From Desulfurococcaceae archaeon (GTDB lineage: Archaea > Thermoproteota > Thermoprotei_A > Sulfolobales > Desulfurococcaceae), in NCBI GenBank assembly GCA_038824035.1, contig JAWBBW010000002.1, forward strand, positions 64,001-128,000: DNA of 64,000 nt. Direction: 5' to 3'. Positions 1 to 10,498 of the stretch are shown here, piece after piece. Position 1 is the stretch's first letter, and the number at the start of each line of letters is the position of its first letter. The notes below the pieces were generated by a model. It was given only the letters and a program-made list of their open reading frames with translations. It ran no database searches and was not told the origin of the DNA. Position numbers and translations under genes: made by a program.

Positions 1-261
1 ATCGAGCTTAAAGTCCTTCACTTGGGTGAGGGATCTCCTAGTCGTGGATTTATAAAGATAGCTATAGCTAGGGCTTTCAATGTGAATATCGAACAAGTCT
101 ATGTAAAGAGTGTGAAAACGGAATATGGACAATGCGTTAGCACAGTCGTGGTGCATATCTATGACGAACCTGCACGTGCTAAATTATTTGAACCGGAATA
201 CATAATTAAAAGAGACGAGAAATCATTACAAAAACAAATGTCCGTCCCTATTAATAGCTAG
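1..261 (+). CDS. rps24e: 30S ribosomal protein S24e (5' partial)
   Basis: Frame open from base 1 (IELKVLHLGEGSPSR...TEYGQ...HIYD...FEPEYI); S24e motifs; directly upstream of S27ae. Confidence 0.9.
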   Translation: MELKVLHLGEGSPSRGFIKIAIARAFNVNIEQVYVKSVKTEYGQCVSTVVVHIYDEPARAKLFEPEYIIKRDEKSLQKQMSVPINS

Positions 262-271
262 GTGTAATATT

Positions 272-439
272 ATGCCTTATATACACAAGCTCTACGAGAT
301 AGATATTAAAACGTGGAGTTTGAAAAGAAAAAATAAGAAATGTCCCAAGTGCGGCTCTTTTATGGCATTCCATAAAAATCCGATATCACGATGGCATTGT
401 GGTAAATGTAACTATGTGGAATACATAAAAGAGAAATGA
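272..439 (+). CDS. rps27ae: 30S ribosomal protein S27ae (not in ORF track)
   Basis: Manual translation MPYIHKLYEIDIKTWSLKRKNKKCPKCGSFMAFHKNPISRWHCGKCNYVEYIKEK; CPKC/CGKC zinc ribbon; GGTG RBS; conserved S24e-S27ae-kae1 order. Confidence 0.93.
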   Translation: MPYIHKLYEIDIKTWSLKRKNKKCPKCGSFMAFHKNPISRWHCGKCNYVEYIKEK

Positions 440-491
440 AAACAATACATCTAATGAAGTGCTGTAATGCCTTTTTAACAGTGATGGTTAC

Positions 492-1577
492 ATGATTGTT
501 CCAACTAGGTTCAATATACCAGTGAACGTTCCAGATACCATTCATGATCAAGAGATCTACGTCCTAGGCATAGAGTCCACGAGCCATACCTTTGGCGTTG
601 GAATAATTAGCTATTTTGATAAAACAATCACATTACTAGCTAACGTGAACGCCCAATATAAACCAGAGAAAGGTGGTATTCATCCACGAGAAGCTGCACA
701 ATTTCATATCAAACATGCCCCTGCATTAATAAAAAACGCGTTGAGTAACGCTGATATAAGTATAAATCAAGTGGACGTAATAGCAGTGTCTATAGGTCCT
801 GGTCTAGGTCCATGTCTCAGGGTTGGCGCGACTCTTGCGAGGTTTTTGGCTGCTTATTACAATAAACCAGTAGTCCCAGTAAACCACGCTGTAGCACATA
901 TAGAGATAGGTAAATTATTCAGTGGTTTCAATGACCCCTTAATAATATATGTCTCGGGAGGTAATACTATGGTTATCGCACAGCGTGAAATGCAATACAG
1001 AGTCTTAGGCGAGACACTTGATATCCCATTGGGCAATTTATTCGACACATTCACACGCGAGGTGGGTATAGCGCCACCATATGTTATTGGTGACAAACAT
1101 GCAATAGATATATGTGCTGAATGGGGGGATTCTTTCCAACCAATTCCATATACTATAAAGGGCAGTGATCTGAGTTTCTCAGGACTATTAACCGCTGCTT
1201 TGAAACTCGCAAAGAAGCACCTTGGGGATAAAAAAATGTTGGGTAATATATGTAACAGCCTCCGCGAGACAGCATTGAATATGCTCGTAGAAGTGGCTGA
1301 AAGAAGCTTGATGTTGACGAACAAAGATAGCTTACTACTAGTTGGTGGAGTTGCATCCAACATCGCCTTAAGAAACAAACTAGAAGCCGTTGCTAAATTC
1401 TATGGGATCAAATATTACGGTACACCACCTGAGGTAGCCGGAGATAATGGAATTATGATAGCGTATACAGGCCTTCTATATTATCTGCATGGATTATACA
1501 CAGAGCCTAACAAATTGTTTATCAAGCAACGTCTAAGAATAGATGAAGGTGTATATCCTTGGCTAGAGAAAACATAG
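492..1577 (+). CDS. kae1: KEOPS t6A synthase Kae1
   Basis: GIESTSHT, GGIHPREAA, GPGLGPCL, VNHAVAH, VSGGNT, DNGIMIA motifs. Confidence 0.97.
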   Translation: MIVPTRFNIPVNVPDTIHDQEIYVLGIESTSHTFGVGIISYFDKTITLLANVNAQYKPEKGGIHPREAAQFHIKHAPALIKNALSNADISINQVDVIAVSIGPGLGPCLRVGATLARFLAAYYNKPVVPVNHAVAHIEIGKLFSGFNDPLIIYVSGGNTMVIAQREMQYRVLGETLDIPLGNLFDTFTREVGIAPPYVIGDKHAIDICAEWGDSFQPIPYTIKGSDLSFSGLLTAALKLAKKHLGDKKMLGNICNSLRETALNMLVEVAERSLMLTNKDSLLLVGGVASNIALRNKLEAVAKFYGIKYYGTPPEVAGDNGIMIAYTGLLYYLHGLYTEPNKLFIKQRLRIDEGVYPWLEKT

Positions 1578-2263
1578 GCCAGAATAAAAGTTACCTATTA
1601 CTAACCAGGGGGGCTGAGGCCGAGATCTATTTGATTGATTTCTTTAATTTAAAATCTGTGTTAAAAAGAAGGCTGAGAAAGCCCTATAGAGATCCCGCCT
1701 ACGATCAATTCTTTATACAACATCGTACAAAGATTGAGACAAAAGTATTGATCGATCTCTATAAGCAAGGGTTAAATGTTCCGTATCCATTGTTAGTAGA
1801 CCTAGATAATGGAATAATAATAATGAAATACATAGAGGGGTTTAGGCTTTCAGATAAACTCGGGGAATTACCACCAGATAAAATACATAACATAGCGATA
1901 GATCTGGGCTCACAAATCGCAAAAATGCATAATATGGGTATATATCACGGTGATCTAACATTAGCGAATGTAATATACGGATCAGATGAAAGGACTTATT
2001 TAATAGACTTTGGACTAGCCGGATATAGCAATGATGTAGAGGAATACGCTATAGATCTGCACTTAATGCATAGAAGTTTAAAAGCACTATATCCACGTCT
2101 TTACAACATTTTCATGGAAAGTTTTCTAAGTAGCTATAAAAAATATTACAAGGGGGATTTTGAGAAAGTTGAAAAAAAGTTTCTAGAGATACGGACTCGT
2201 GGTAGATATGTGGACAGGAAGCTCAGAAAGACCCTGATGGGGGAGAGATATGTTGAAAACTGA
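1559..2263 (+). CDS. bud32: KEOPS kinase Bud32
   Basis: RGAEA, HGDLTLAN, IDFGL, RGRY; follows kae1. Confidence 0.96.
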   Translation: MARENIGQNKSYLLLTRGAEAEIYLIDFFNLKSVLKRRLRKPYRDPAYDQFFIQHRTKIETKVLIDLYKQGLNVPYPLLVDLDNGIIIMKYIEGFRLSDKLGELPPDKIHNIAIDLGSQIAKMHNMGIYHGDLTLANVIYGSDERTYLIDFGLAGYSNDVEEYAIDLHLMHRSLKALYPRLYNIFMESFLSSYKKYYKGDFEKVEKKFLEIRTRGRYVDRKLRKTLMGERYVEN

Positions 2264-2834
2264 TCAGATATATGTAGCAACGAACAATGTCCATAAATTA
2301 AAGGAGATTGAAAAAATAGCATCAGCCTATGGATTCACGGTGAAACCTGTATATAATTTAAAGTACGAAATACAGTCAGATCGATTGGATGACGTAGCGC
2401 TTGCATCCGCTATTTTCGCGTACCTCGTAATTAGAAAACCCATATTAGTGGAGGATGCTGGCCTGTTCATAAAGTCTCTCAACGGCTTTCCAGGTGTTTA
2501 TAGTAGTTTTGTCTATAAGACCATTGGAATAAATGGAGTCTTGAAACTGCTTGAAAACATTGAAGATAGAACAGCGTGTTTCGAATCAGTTGCAGTCCTG
2601 ATCTACAATGGTAAAGTTTACATAGGTAGAGGAACTACATGCGGCCACGTTGCCAAAGAGCCGAGGGGGGAAAAAGGGTTCGGTTTTGACCCAATCTTTG
2701 TTCCAAGCGAATATGGGGAAACAAGAACATTCGCTGAAATGGAAATAGAGGAGAAAAACAGGTATAGCCATAGGGCTAAGGCTGTTAAATCAGTGCTTGA
2801 ACAATTACTATCAGATATTAATTCGATAAGTTAA
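2250..2834 (+). CDS. rdgB: XTP/dITP pyrophosphatase (HAM1/RdgB family)
   Basis: [30 protein letters not shown] motifs. Confidence 0.95.
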   Translation: MLKTDQIYVATNNVHKLKEIEKIASAYGFTVKPVYNLKYEIQSDRLDDVALASAIFAYLVIRKPILVEDAGLFIKSLNGFPGVYSSFVYKTIGINGVLKLLENIEDRTACFESVAVLIYNGKVYIGRGTTCGHVAKEPRGEKGFGFDPIFVPSEYGETRTFAEMEIEEKNRYSHRAKAVKSVLEQLLSDINSIS

Positions 2835-2880
2835 GTTTTTAAGAGATTTTACAATTATGACATACACAACGGTGATTACC

Positions 2881-3363
2881 ATGAATAAGAAACGCGATAA
2901 GGGATCTTCGCATTCAACGCGGCCAGCACGAGCTGGTCCACCAAAATGGTTAAAACTGGATATGAGCCCGAGCGATGCAGAATTATTAGTGGTGGAATTA
3001 GCAAAAAGAGGTTATCCCCCATCTATGATTGGAATTATTCTGAGAGATCAATATGGTATTCCATTGATAAAACAAGTCACAGGTAAGAAAGTTGTAGAAA
3101 TACTTGAAAAACATGATGTGAAGATAAATATACCAGAGGATTTGTTTAATTTGATTAAAAAAGCTGTGAACCTTAGAAGACACTTGGATGAACATCCAAA
3201 GGATTATCACAGCAAGAGAGGTTTAATAGAAATAGAATCAAAAATTCACAGACTAGTAAAATATTATAAAAGGATTAAAAAATTGCCCCCTGACTGGGAA
3301 TATGATCCTGAAAAGGCAAAACTATTGATATCCACAGGGATTTATTCGCTTCCTGGATCATGA
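2881..3363 (+). CDS. rps15: 30S ribosomal protein S15/S13e
   Basis: [28 protein letters not shown]; start set at ATG 2881 after GGTGA RBS. Confidence 0.96.
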   Translation: MNKKRDKGSSHSTRPARAGPPKWLKLDMSPSDAELLVVELAKRGYPPSMIGIILRDQYGIPLIKQVTGKKVVEILEKHDVKINIPEDLFNLIKKAVNLRRHLDEHPKDYHSKRGLIEIESKIHRLVKYYKRIKKLPPDWEYDPEKAKLLISTGIYSLPGS

Positions 3364-3539
3364 GATGGAGATCCGCGCGATCTCGCGTGGTTATTAGGGT
3401 ATTTAAAACGTTTTTGATAAGAGATCAAAATTTTGGTTGTATAGCTCTGATTAAAAGAAAATAATAACCAGATATGAGTTGATATAGATTAGCAGGTTGA
3501 TAAAAGGATTATGCCTGAGCCATATGGTGCAGCATAAGT

Positions 3540-4697
3540 ATGAAAAACAACAATTTTCTCACATTTATAGAACAATATAAGAGTTTCAGGATAATACCAG
3601 ATAGTGCTCTCGATTCGTTAATAGCCAGTAGTATTCTTATGAAAAACCTATCAGAACATGGATGGGATGTAAAGGTAAACTTGGATCCAAAGTTGATAAT
3701 AGATGAGAAAACCGAACCCACGATCCTCATTAATCTAAGCCCTATAGACGAGAAATATCAATTGTCATTAAAATCTACAGGCGAATATTCCATAACTGCT
3801 TACATAGTGGAGAAACTTGACAGTGTTTTTGGCATAGAGAAATTCGATAAAGTACTCGCAATAGTATCTGGATTGTATTTAGGGCTTTATGATTTCAAGG
3901 AGGGGAAATTCCCAGGCACTGAAAACGATATTTTAAAGGAACTTGTAGAGAGCGGCGTATTATACGAAATAGCCGGTCTACGAATATGGGGCGCTAGAAG
4001 AGTGGGCCTTATAAGGGCCATTAATAGAACACTTATACCGTTTTTACCTGGAATCACAGGTTGTATAGATAGAATTGAAAAGATCTTATCAGATGTGTTT
4101 AAGACAAAGGACCCATACTCAATAAGGTACAAGGAATTATTGAATGAGAATAATTTAATGGTCTTATCTAGCCTGGTCCAGAAGATCGTCAATAACCTAT
4201 ATCTAGATCTGAATAAAGATCCCAAATTACCATACAAATTATTTGGTGAATTCATATTAACGGATAAAAGAAATGGTGAAGAGGGTCAAGAGTTTGAATT
4301 ACACGAAATTTTAGGAAGTCTAGTTGTATATGCCAGCAGTTGCTTGAATTGCCCTTATGACCTATTATCAATTAGTATGAACGATCTCGCAATATCACAG
4401 ATCATAGCTATTTATGATAAGATCATTGATCAATTGTCACCTATAATATCCGCTTCAATATTAGAATTTTTCTCTTCAAATAAACCAATAGATCCCGAGG
4501 GTTATATTGAACGCCCAGACCTAGTGGTGGATATGTTGTCTTATATTGAGAAATTACCCAAAAATAGGCCTATCACGATTTTGCATGAAAGGGGCATTAT
4601 AACTTCGCTTAGAGAACTATTGAGAATAGGCGTAGAACCCTCGAAAGCATATTCACAATGTGATGGAGATCAATTATGCGTGGTTCAAAACAAGTGA
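3540..4697 (+). CDS. Degenerate DHH/RecJ-like protein, probable Cdc45/GAN ortholog
   Basis: Occupies the GAN position in rps15-X-pcc1-rps3ae; degenerate DHH motif I (FRIIPDSALDSLIASSIL); PFLPGITG motif; no DHH triad visible. Confidence 0.65.
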   Translation: MKNNNFLTFIEQYKSFRIIPDSALDSLIASSILMKNLSEHGWDVKVNLDPKLIIDEKTEPTILINLSPIDEKYQLSLKSTGEYSITAYIVEKLDSVFGIEKFDKVLAIVSGLYLGLYDFKEGKFPGTENDILKELVESGVLYEIAGLRIWGARRVGLIRAINRTLIPFLPGITGCIDRIEKILSDVFKTKDPYSIRYKELLNENNLMVLSSLVQKIVNNLYLDLNKDPKLPYKLFGEFILTDKRNGEEGQEFELHEILGSLVVYASSCLNCPYDLLSISMNDLAISQIIAIYDKIIDQLSPIISASILEFFSSNKPIDPEGYIERPDLVVDMLSYIEKLPKNRPITILHERGIITSLRELLRIGVEPSKAYSQCDGDQLCVVQNK

Positions 4698-4951
4698 TAT
4701 CAATAATCATAATATCTGGCAACGAAGACTTCATCAAAGCTGTGAAAAAATCACTGGAGCCCGATAATATTCAAATACCCAGTAACATGGATATTGTCGA
4801 ATCATTCGAGGTTTCGCAAGAAATGGCAAAATACATTATAAGGATCAGTGTAAGAAATGATCATTTGTATTCACTCAAGAGATGCAAAGCTACGGTCGAT
4901 GAATTACTTTCATTAATCGACATGATTATAAAAACCAGGCAACATATTTAA
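4676..4951 (+). CDS. pcc1: KEOPS Pcc1-like subunit
   Basis: KSLEPDN and KATVDELL signatures; conserved position before rps3ae. Confidence 0.75.
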   Translation: MRGSKQVISIIIISGNEDFIKAVKKSLEPDNIQIPSNMDIVESFEVSQEMAKYIIRISVRNDHLYSLKRCKATVDELLSLIDMIIKTRQHI

Positions 4952-5004
4952 TAAACCTCAAAGCTTTTGATAAGATTAATCCAAGTGAGGGAAGGGATGT
5001 AAAA

Positions 5005-5652
5005 ATGTCATCAAAACAACGGGTTGTAATCAAAGATAAGTGGAAAATCAAGAAATGGTACGAGGCAATAGCACCTCAAGCTTTTGGAGGGATAAGCCTG
5101 GGTACTATACCAGCAGATGATCCAAATAAATTGATTGGACGTGTTATTGAAACAACCCTATATGACATAACCGGCGATATTTCACAGGTACATGTCAAGT
5201 TATATTTCCAAATTATAGAGATTGATGGTGATAAAGCCCTTACAAGGTTCAAGGGGCATGAATTGGCAAGAGATTATATGAGGAGCCTCGTTAGAAGGAA
5301 AAGTAGTAAGATACAAGGCATATTTGATGTCCAAACAAGAGATGGGTATGTTCTTCGTGTAACAATAATTGCGTTGACAAGCTATAGATGTAAAGCCAGC
5401 CAGAAAAAAGCAATTAGGAGAGTCATGAAAGAGTATATAATGAAGAAGGCCTCAGAGTTATCATTAGATGACTTCATTCAAAATATTCTTAATTACAAGA
5501 TTCCAGCTGAGATTGCTGAATTAGCCAGGAAGATCTATCCAATCAGGCGTGTAGAAATATATAAAACAAAGCTCATAATGATTCCGACTCCTGACGGACC
5601 AAAACCCGCAGCGGTGCTTTCCCCACTACAGCTCAAGACTGAAAAAGAATAA
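5005..5652 (+). CDS. rps3ae: 30S ribosomal protein S3Ae
   Basis: DKWKIKKWY, GRVIETTLYDITGD, DYMRSLVRR, KIYPIRRVEI. Confidence 0.97.
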   Translation: MSSKQRVVIKDKWKIKKWYEAIAPQAFGGISLGTIPADDPNKLIGRVIETTLYDITGDISQVHVKLYFQIIEIDGDKALTRFKGHELARDYMRSLVRRKSSKIQGIFDVQTRDGYVLRVTIIALTSYRCKASQKKAIRRVMKEYIMKKASELSLDDFIQNILNYKIPAEIAELARKIYPIRRVEIYKTKLIMIPTPDGPKPAAVLSPLQLKTEKE

Positions 5653-5806
5653 GTGTCTTTTGTATAATAATAATGATTATCAGAAGATAAGATCTTTTAT
5701 CCAATATGTAAAATCTTGGCTAATAATCATCTAACCGGATCAAAGTAATTGATGTAAATGTAAATAGACTTTTATATGCAAAGTCTCTAATTTTTACCAT
5801 ATCCAG

Positions 5807-7060
5807 GTGTTGTTTTTGAAAGCCATAATATTGGCCGCAGGCGAAGGCCGTAGATTAAGACCTATTACAGAAACAAGGCCCAAGGCTCTTTTACCAGTTC
5901 TATGCAAGCCACTACTGCATTGGCACTTAATGTTTCTAGAGAAAATAGGCATCAAAGAGGCAATAATCGTGACCCATTACTTAAGTGATAAAATATTAAA
6001 ATACGTTGAAAAATCCAACTCTGCTGTTAAAGCCGAGATTGTGTATCAGAAACAGTTGTTAGGGACAGCTGATGCTGTTGTAAAAGCCGCTGAACATATA
6101 GGTTACGGCGAAGACGTGGTTATTTTGTACTCAGACATATTTTTCTCGGAAGTAGCTATGAATACGTTAAGTGCCTCTATTAACACAAAATACCCAGTAA
6201 TAGCAGGAGCCATAGTCGACAACCCCAGAGAATATGGAGCATTGATCCTAAGAGATCATCACTTAGATAGAATAATTGAAAAACCTATTGATCCCATAAC
6301 TAATTTGGTTAATGCTGGTATTTACAAGTTAAATACCACAGATATTCTCGAGAACCAGGATATAAAACCGAGTCCAAGAGGTGAATTTGAGTTCACAGAT
6401 ATAGTTAACAAAATAGCCGGCTATAGGGATATAAAAACGATCATCTTACCAAGGGGTTCGTGGATAGATATTGGTAAACCATGGGACTTGATAAATGCGA
6501 ATAAAATTGCATTACAGGATATGAAAGGTGATATAAAAGGTAATATTATAGAACCTGTCTCCATCAAGGTAAATGTTCACATAGAAGAAGGTGCCGTAAT
6601 ATATCCATTCACGACAATTAATGGCCCAGCTTTCATAGGAAAAAACGCACAAATCGGACCTAATGCCTTAATAAGACCTTGGAGCGTGATATGTGATAAC
6701 TCTAAGATCGGGTTCAGTGTTGAGGTGAAAGAAAGCATAGTATTTGAAAATGTACATGCTAGTCATTTAGCATATATAGGAGATAGCATTATATGCGAGA
6801 ACGTTAACCTAGGCGCAGGCACCATTATAGCGAATCTGAGATTTGACGAAAAGACCGTGAAGATGATGATAGATAATAAATTGGTGGATAGTGGGAGGAG
6901 GAAACTAGGCGCGGTCATCGGCGCTGGTGTTAAGACCGGTATAAACGTATCCATAATGCCTGGCGTAAAAATAGGTTCAAATAGTTGGATAATGCCAGGA
7001 ACAGTTGTATATAGAGATGTGCCGTCGAATACTATATATCCAGGCAAGTTAAATCAATAA
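5807..7060 (+). CDS. glmU: Bifunctional sugar-1-phosphate nucleotidylyltransferase/acetyltransferase (archaeal GlmU-like)
   Basis: LAAGEGRRLRPIT..RPK NTP-transferase motif plus C-terminal hexapeptide repeats (ANLRFD, GRRKLGAVIG). Confidence 0.88.
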   Translation: MLFLKAIILAAGEGRRLRPITETRPKALLPVLCKPLLHWHLMFLEKIGIKEAIIVTHYLSDKILKYVEKSNSAVKAEIVYQKQLLGTADAVVKAAEHIGYGEDVVILYSDIFFSEVAMNTLSASINTKYPVIAGAIVDNPREYGALILRDHHLDRIIEKPIDPITNLVNAGIYKLNTTDILENQDIKPSPRGEFEFTDIVNKIAGYRDIKTIILPRGSWIDIGKPWDLINANKIALQDMKGDIKGNIIEPVSIKVNVHIEEGAVIYPFTTINGPAFIGKNAQIGPNALIRPWSVICDNSKIGFSVEVKESIVFENVHASHLAYIGDSIICENVNLGAGTIIANLRFDEKTVKMMIDNKLVDSGRRKLGAVIGAGVKTGINVSIMPGVKIGSNSWIMPGTVVYRDVPSNTIYPGKLNQ

Positions 7061-7073
7061 TTAGGTGTAAAAA

Positions 7074-7445
7074 ATGAGCCAAGAATTCGATGTCGAGGAA
7101 TTTAGAAAACGATTCCCCCATTTAGCTGGGGAAATACTTGATAATAAGACAAAGCAGATAACACTAAAAGTGGACAAGCACTTGATTGACCCATGGAAAG
7201 GTTATATCCCTACGGCTATAGACTACATAAGAAGGTGTAGTACTGTAAAGGAAGCTCACGAAGTAATTAACTATTTAATCAAAAGAGGTGAATTAAAAGC
7301 AGAAGAAGGTTATGAAATCATGAAAATAATTGAGACACAGGGACTAGAGGCTTTTGGAGGGAGGAAAGAAGATGATTATTATTATAAAGAAGCGCGCAAA
7401 TATTGGAACATGTTGAAATCGAGGAAAAGAATATTTTCACCTTGA
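7074..7445 (+). CDS. DUF2095-like conserved archaeal protein
   Basis: FPHLAGEI, GYIPTAIDYIRRC, EAHEVINYL pattern. Confidence 0.75.
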   Translation: MSQEFDVEEFRKRFPHLAGEILDNKTKQITLKVDKHLIDPWKGYIPTAIDYIRRCSTVKEAHEVINYLIKRGELKAEEGYEIMKIIETQGLEAFGGRKEDDYYYKEARKYWNMLKSRKRIFSP

Positions 7446-8663
7446 CTTTGACGCCACGATCTTTATTACATCATTGTCCTTAAGAACATAGGAATCCCCC
7501 ACCCTCCTCTTAGTCCTAGCATCGATCGCATACAAGAACGATTCACCTAGTTCTGTATGAACCATATAAGCCAGTTCCTTGGTCGTAGTACCTTTCTCAA
7601 CTAAATAAGCATCTGGCAGTATATTACCATGGTGATCGGTATATCTGTTCTCATCTTCAACTGGATATACCGTGATCATAAAAAGCTTAGAGAACACTGC
7701 CCTATTAAGCAACTCTTGAACTCCAGTGGATCCATATGGTTTTAACACATTTGTTTCTATTAGTTCGAGAACCCTCTTTTGCTCGGCTGTAAGTTTATCA
7801 GGGTCTTTCACCTGATAGCTTTTATCACCAGGTAGATACTTTATTAAACCCGACCTACTGGCTTTTCTTAAAATAAATTCTGAGAGTGCGCTAACAGGCA
7901 CCACGTTTTCGGCTCCAAATCTTCTTATAATTTCTTTGAGATTTTCGCTTGCTTCGGGTATATCGATCTTATTTGCAGCTATTATAATGGGTTTAGCTAT
8001 TTCACGCAATTTTACGGCAAACTCCTCGATATCGTTCATTGTCCAATTCTTAAAAGGTTTTTCATGCAAACTCGTCGCCTTGATCGCCGCTAGAACATGG
8101 TGTTTTTTAATGCTTAGCCCTGATAGGTTTTGAACGATGTATTCAAGGGGGTTTTGAACCGTTACTATGGACTTAGATATCTTATTTTGCCATATCCTCG
8201 TGATAGTGGTTTTAAACCATTCATTGATCTCCGCCAAGATCTTTTCTACTTCTTCCACCGGATCGTATGTACCTGGTTTCGCTACGTTTCCTTCGAGGTC
8301 TGTTGACCCTGATGCATCAACAACATGAATTAGGACATCTGCTTGCCTCAGATCATCCATGAATTTATTGCCAAGGCCTCTGCCTAAACTAGCACCTGGT
8401 ATTAAACCAGCTACATCTATTATTTTTATAGGTATGAATCTGTCACCGTTTATACAAAAACCAGATCTTGGATTACATGTGCTGAGTCCTAGTTCTATGT
8501 GAATACATTTTTTTCTAACATGTCCTATACCCACATTGGGTTCTATAGTAGTAAAGGGGATATTAGAAATCCTGGCTGGTATAAGTGTTATGGCAGCGAA
8601 GAGCGTTGATTTACCAACATTTGTTTTACCCACAATCCCTACAAGTTTCTCTGGTGGAGGCAT
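7437..8663 (-). CDS. ychF: YchF/Obg-family translation-associated GTPase with TGS domain
   Basis: GKTNVGKST, PFTTIEPN, DVAGL, NKID, C-terminal TGS. Confidence 0.93.
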   Translation of the reverse strand: MPPPEKLVGIVGKTNVGKSTLFAAITLIPARISNIPFTTIEPNVGIGHVRKKCIHIELGLSTCNPRSGFCINGDRFIPIKIIDVAGLIPGASLGRGLGNKFMDDLRQADVLIHVVDASGSTDLEGNVAKPGTYDPVEEVEKILAEINEWFKTTITRIWQNKISKSIVTVQNPLEYIVQNLSGLSIKKHHVLAAIKATSLHEKPFKNWTMNDIEEFAVKLREIAKPIIIAANKIDIPEASENLKEIIRRFGAENVVPVSALSEFILRKASRSGLIKYLPGDKSYQVKDPDKLTAEQKRVLELIETNVLKPYGSTGVQELLNRAVFSKLFMITVYPVEDENRYTDHHGNILPDAYLVEKGTTTKELAYMVHTELGESFLYAIDARTKRRVGDSYVLKDNDVIKIVASKSR

Positions 8664-8743
8664 TCCAGTAATTACCTCGCAAAATCCATAATTTTATAAC
8701 CCTTTATCAATCATTTAAAGTATGCTTAGTACGGTGCTTTGAA

Positions 8744-9409
8744 ATGAGCAAAAGCATGTACCACTATATATCGGAAACCTGGCATAAAATATATAGTGGA
8801 GAATTGCGGGAATTGCTTAGACAAAGACTAATTCAATGGAGAAGAGAGCCAAGTATAATTAGAATAGATAAACCCACTAGGCTTGACAGGGCCCGCGCAT
8901 TAGGCTACAAGGCCAAGATAGGTTTCGTGATCGTTAGAGTAAGGGTTAGGAAAGGTGGTCAGAGAAAACCGAGACCCCGAAGTGGTAGGAGACCAAAGAG
9001 AATGGGTGTATATGGTTATTCAACGTCCAAGAGCCTGAGGTTGATAGCGGAGGAAAGAGCCGCAAGGAAATATCGGAATCTCGAAGTTCTCAATAGTTAT
9101 TATGTAGGCGAAGATGGCAGATATAAGTGGTTTGAAATTATACTAGTAGATGTTCATCACCCAGCGATATGCAAAGACAGCGATATCAAATGGATATGTG
9201 AACCACAGCACAGAGGTAGAGTATTCCGTGGATTAACCAGTGCTGGGAAGAAAATGCGGGGACTTAGAAAGAGCAGGGGACTTAAAGGCACTGTTCACTA
9301 TAAATGGAAAAGAAAACAAAAGGAAAGATTACTTAAGAAGCGCCATGAAGCTAGTAGGGGAGCACGTGATCCATGGCAGATAGCAGAAAGACTGAGAAAA
9401 GAAAAGTGA
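8744..9409 (+). CDS. rpl15e: 50S ribosomal protein L15e
   Basis: [34 protein letters not shown]. Confidence 0.97.
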   Translation: MSKSMYHYISETWHKIYSGELRELLRQRLIQWRREPSIIRIDKPTRLDRARALGYKAKIGFVIVRVRVRKGGQRKPRPRSGRRPKRMGVYGYSTSKSLRLIAEERAARKYRNLEVLNSYYVGEDGRYKWFEIILVDVHHPAICKDSDIKWICEPQHRGRVFRGLTSAGKKMRGLRKSRGLKGTVHYKWKRKQKERLLKKRHEASRGARDPWQIAERLRKEK

Positions 9410-9852
9410 AGATTTCATCAATAGAAATAACGACCTCGTGCCATGCCACTGAAAACTGTGAAAAAGTGATTAATGCTTTAAAAAACCTTGTACCAAGCCT
9501 TCTGAGAGATTCGCTGAAAATAAAAATAAACAACATGAGTGGGTACTACGGTAATGATATAGCGATCTTGACGTCTAGGATCGATGATGAATCATCGATC
9601 CTCAAAGTACTCAACTATATTTCCGAGAAATTGGAACCCATAGAGAAAAACATATTGAGAATCACTTTTAAACTTAGATATGATTCCTCCAAGAGAAAGT
9701 TCGTGATAAGGTTCTCCAAGCAAGATCTGGTGAACGAGAAACTTAAAATTATAGACACCGATGATATCATTAAGTTGACTATATTTTTTAGAAATACTAG
9801 AAATGCTAAAGAAGTCGAGACATATCTAGCCGAGTTAGGTATTTTAAGCTAG
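9373..9852 (+). CDS. RNA-binding protein (DUF54 family)
   Basis: HATE, GYYGN, RFSKQ motifs; superoperon position. Confidence 0.85.
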   Translation: MADSRKTEKRKVKISSIEITTSCHATENCEKVINALKNLVPSLLRDSLKIKINNMSGYYGNDIAILTSRIDDESSILKVLNYISEKLEPIEKNILRITFKLRYDSSKRKFVIRFSKQDLVNEKLKIIDTDDIIKLTIFFRNTRNAKEVETYLAELGILS

Positions 9853-9874
9853 GACGTGGATAGGTGTAAATGCA

Positions 9875-10498
9875 TTGTTTTCTGATATTTACGTAATTAA
9901 CTGCTCTGATAGATATATAGAAATAGCAATCAAAATGAAGTACTCTTTCCTAGCTTGTATCAAAATATTGGGCGAGTTTTCCATTGAAAAGAAAAATTTA
10001 AGATTTATGAAGAAGTTGATCATAGAGACAGATTCTATTAATGAATTAAAAGATGTTTTGAGAAGAATTGATTATAAGAATAATCTAATCACTGTGCACC
10101 CACTCAGCATTACCGTGGCACGCTGGTGTGTACACGACTCCAGGATAGACACTATATTAATGACTATTAAGAACATTGAGATCTTCGATAAAAAACAACT
10201 AAAAATGATGAGGAATTATGGGAAACCCGTTGAAGTGAGTATGAAAGATTTGCTCACCGATGATTCAAAACTAAGAGGTATGTTATATAGGAGGTTGAAC
10301 CTGTTAGTAAAATACGATGTCGCCTTAACCATTGGAACTGGCGCAAATGACTCATACGAGATCTTTCATCCATTAACAATAATAATGATCTTGAATACCA
10401 TGTATGACATGCCCATTAAAAGAGCTATGCTTGCTCTTACTGATAATCCTAGGCAGTTATTGTATAGAAAACAAGGTGGTAACCTTGGATCTATTTAA
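9875..10498 (+). CDS. rnp3: RNase P protein Rpp30 (divergent)
   Basis: ARWCVHDSRID and IGTGA..YEI.HP motifs; located between DUF54 and Pop5. Confidence 0.75.
   Translation: MFSDIYVINCSDRYIEIAIKMKYSFLACIKILGEFSIEKKNLRFMKKLIIETDSINELKDVLRRIDYKNNLITVHPLSITVARWCVHDSRIDTILMTIKNIEIFDKKQLKMMRNYGKPVEVSMKDLLTDDSKLRGMLYRRLNLLVKYDVALTIGTGANDSYEIFHPLTIIMILNTMYDMPIKRAMLALTDNPRQLLYRKQGGNLGSI

Noticed and set aside
5673-5730. Possible minus-strand C/D sRNA (ATGATTA...CTGA) with an 8-bp terminal inverted repeat
   Set aside because: Non-consensus C box, no credible D' box, AT-rich guides with no recognisable target
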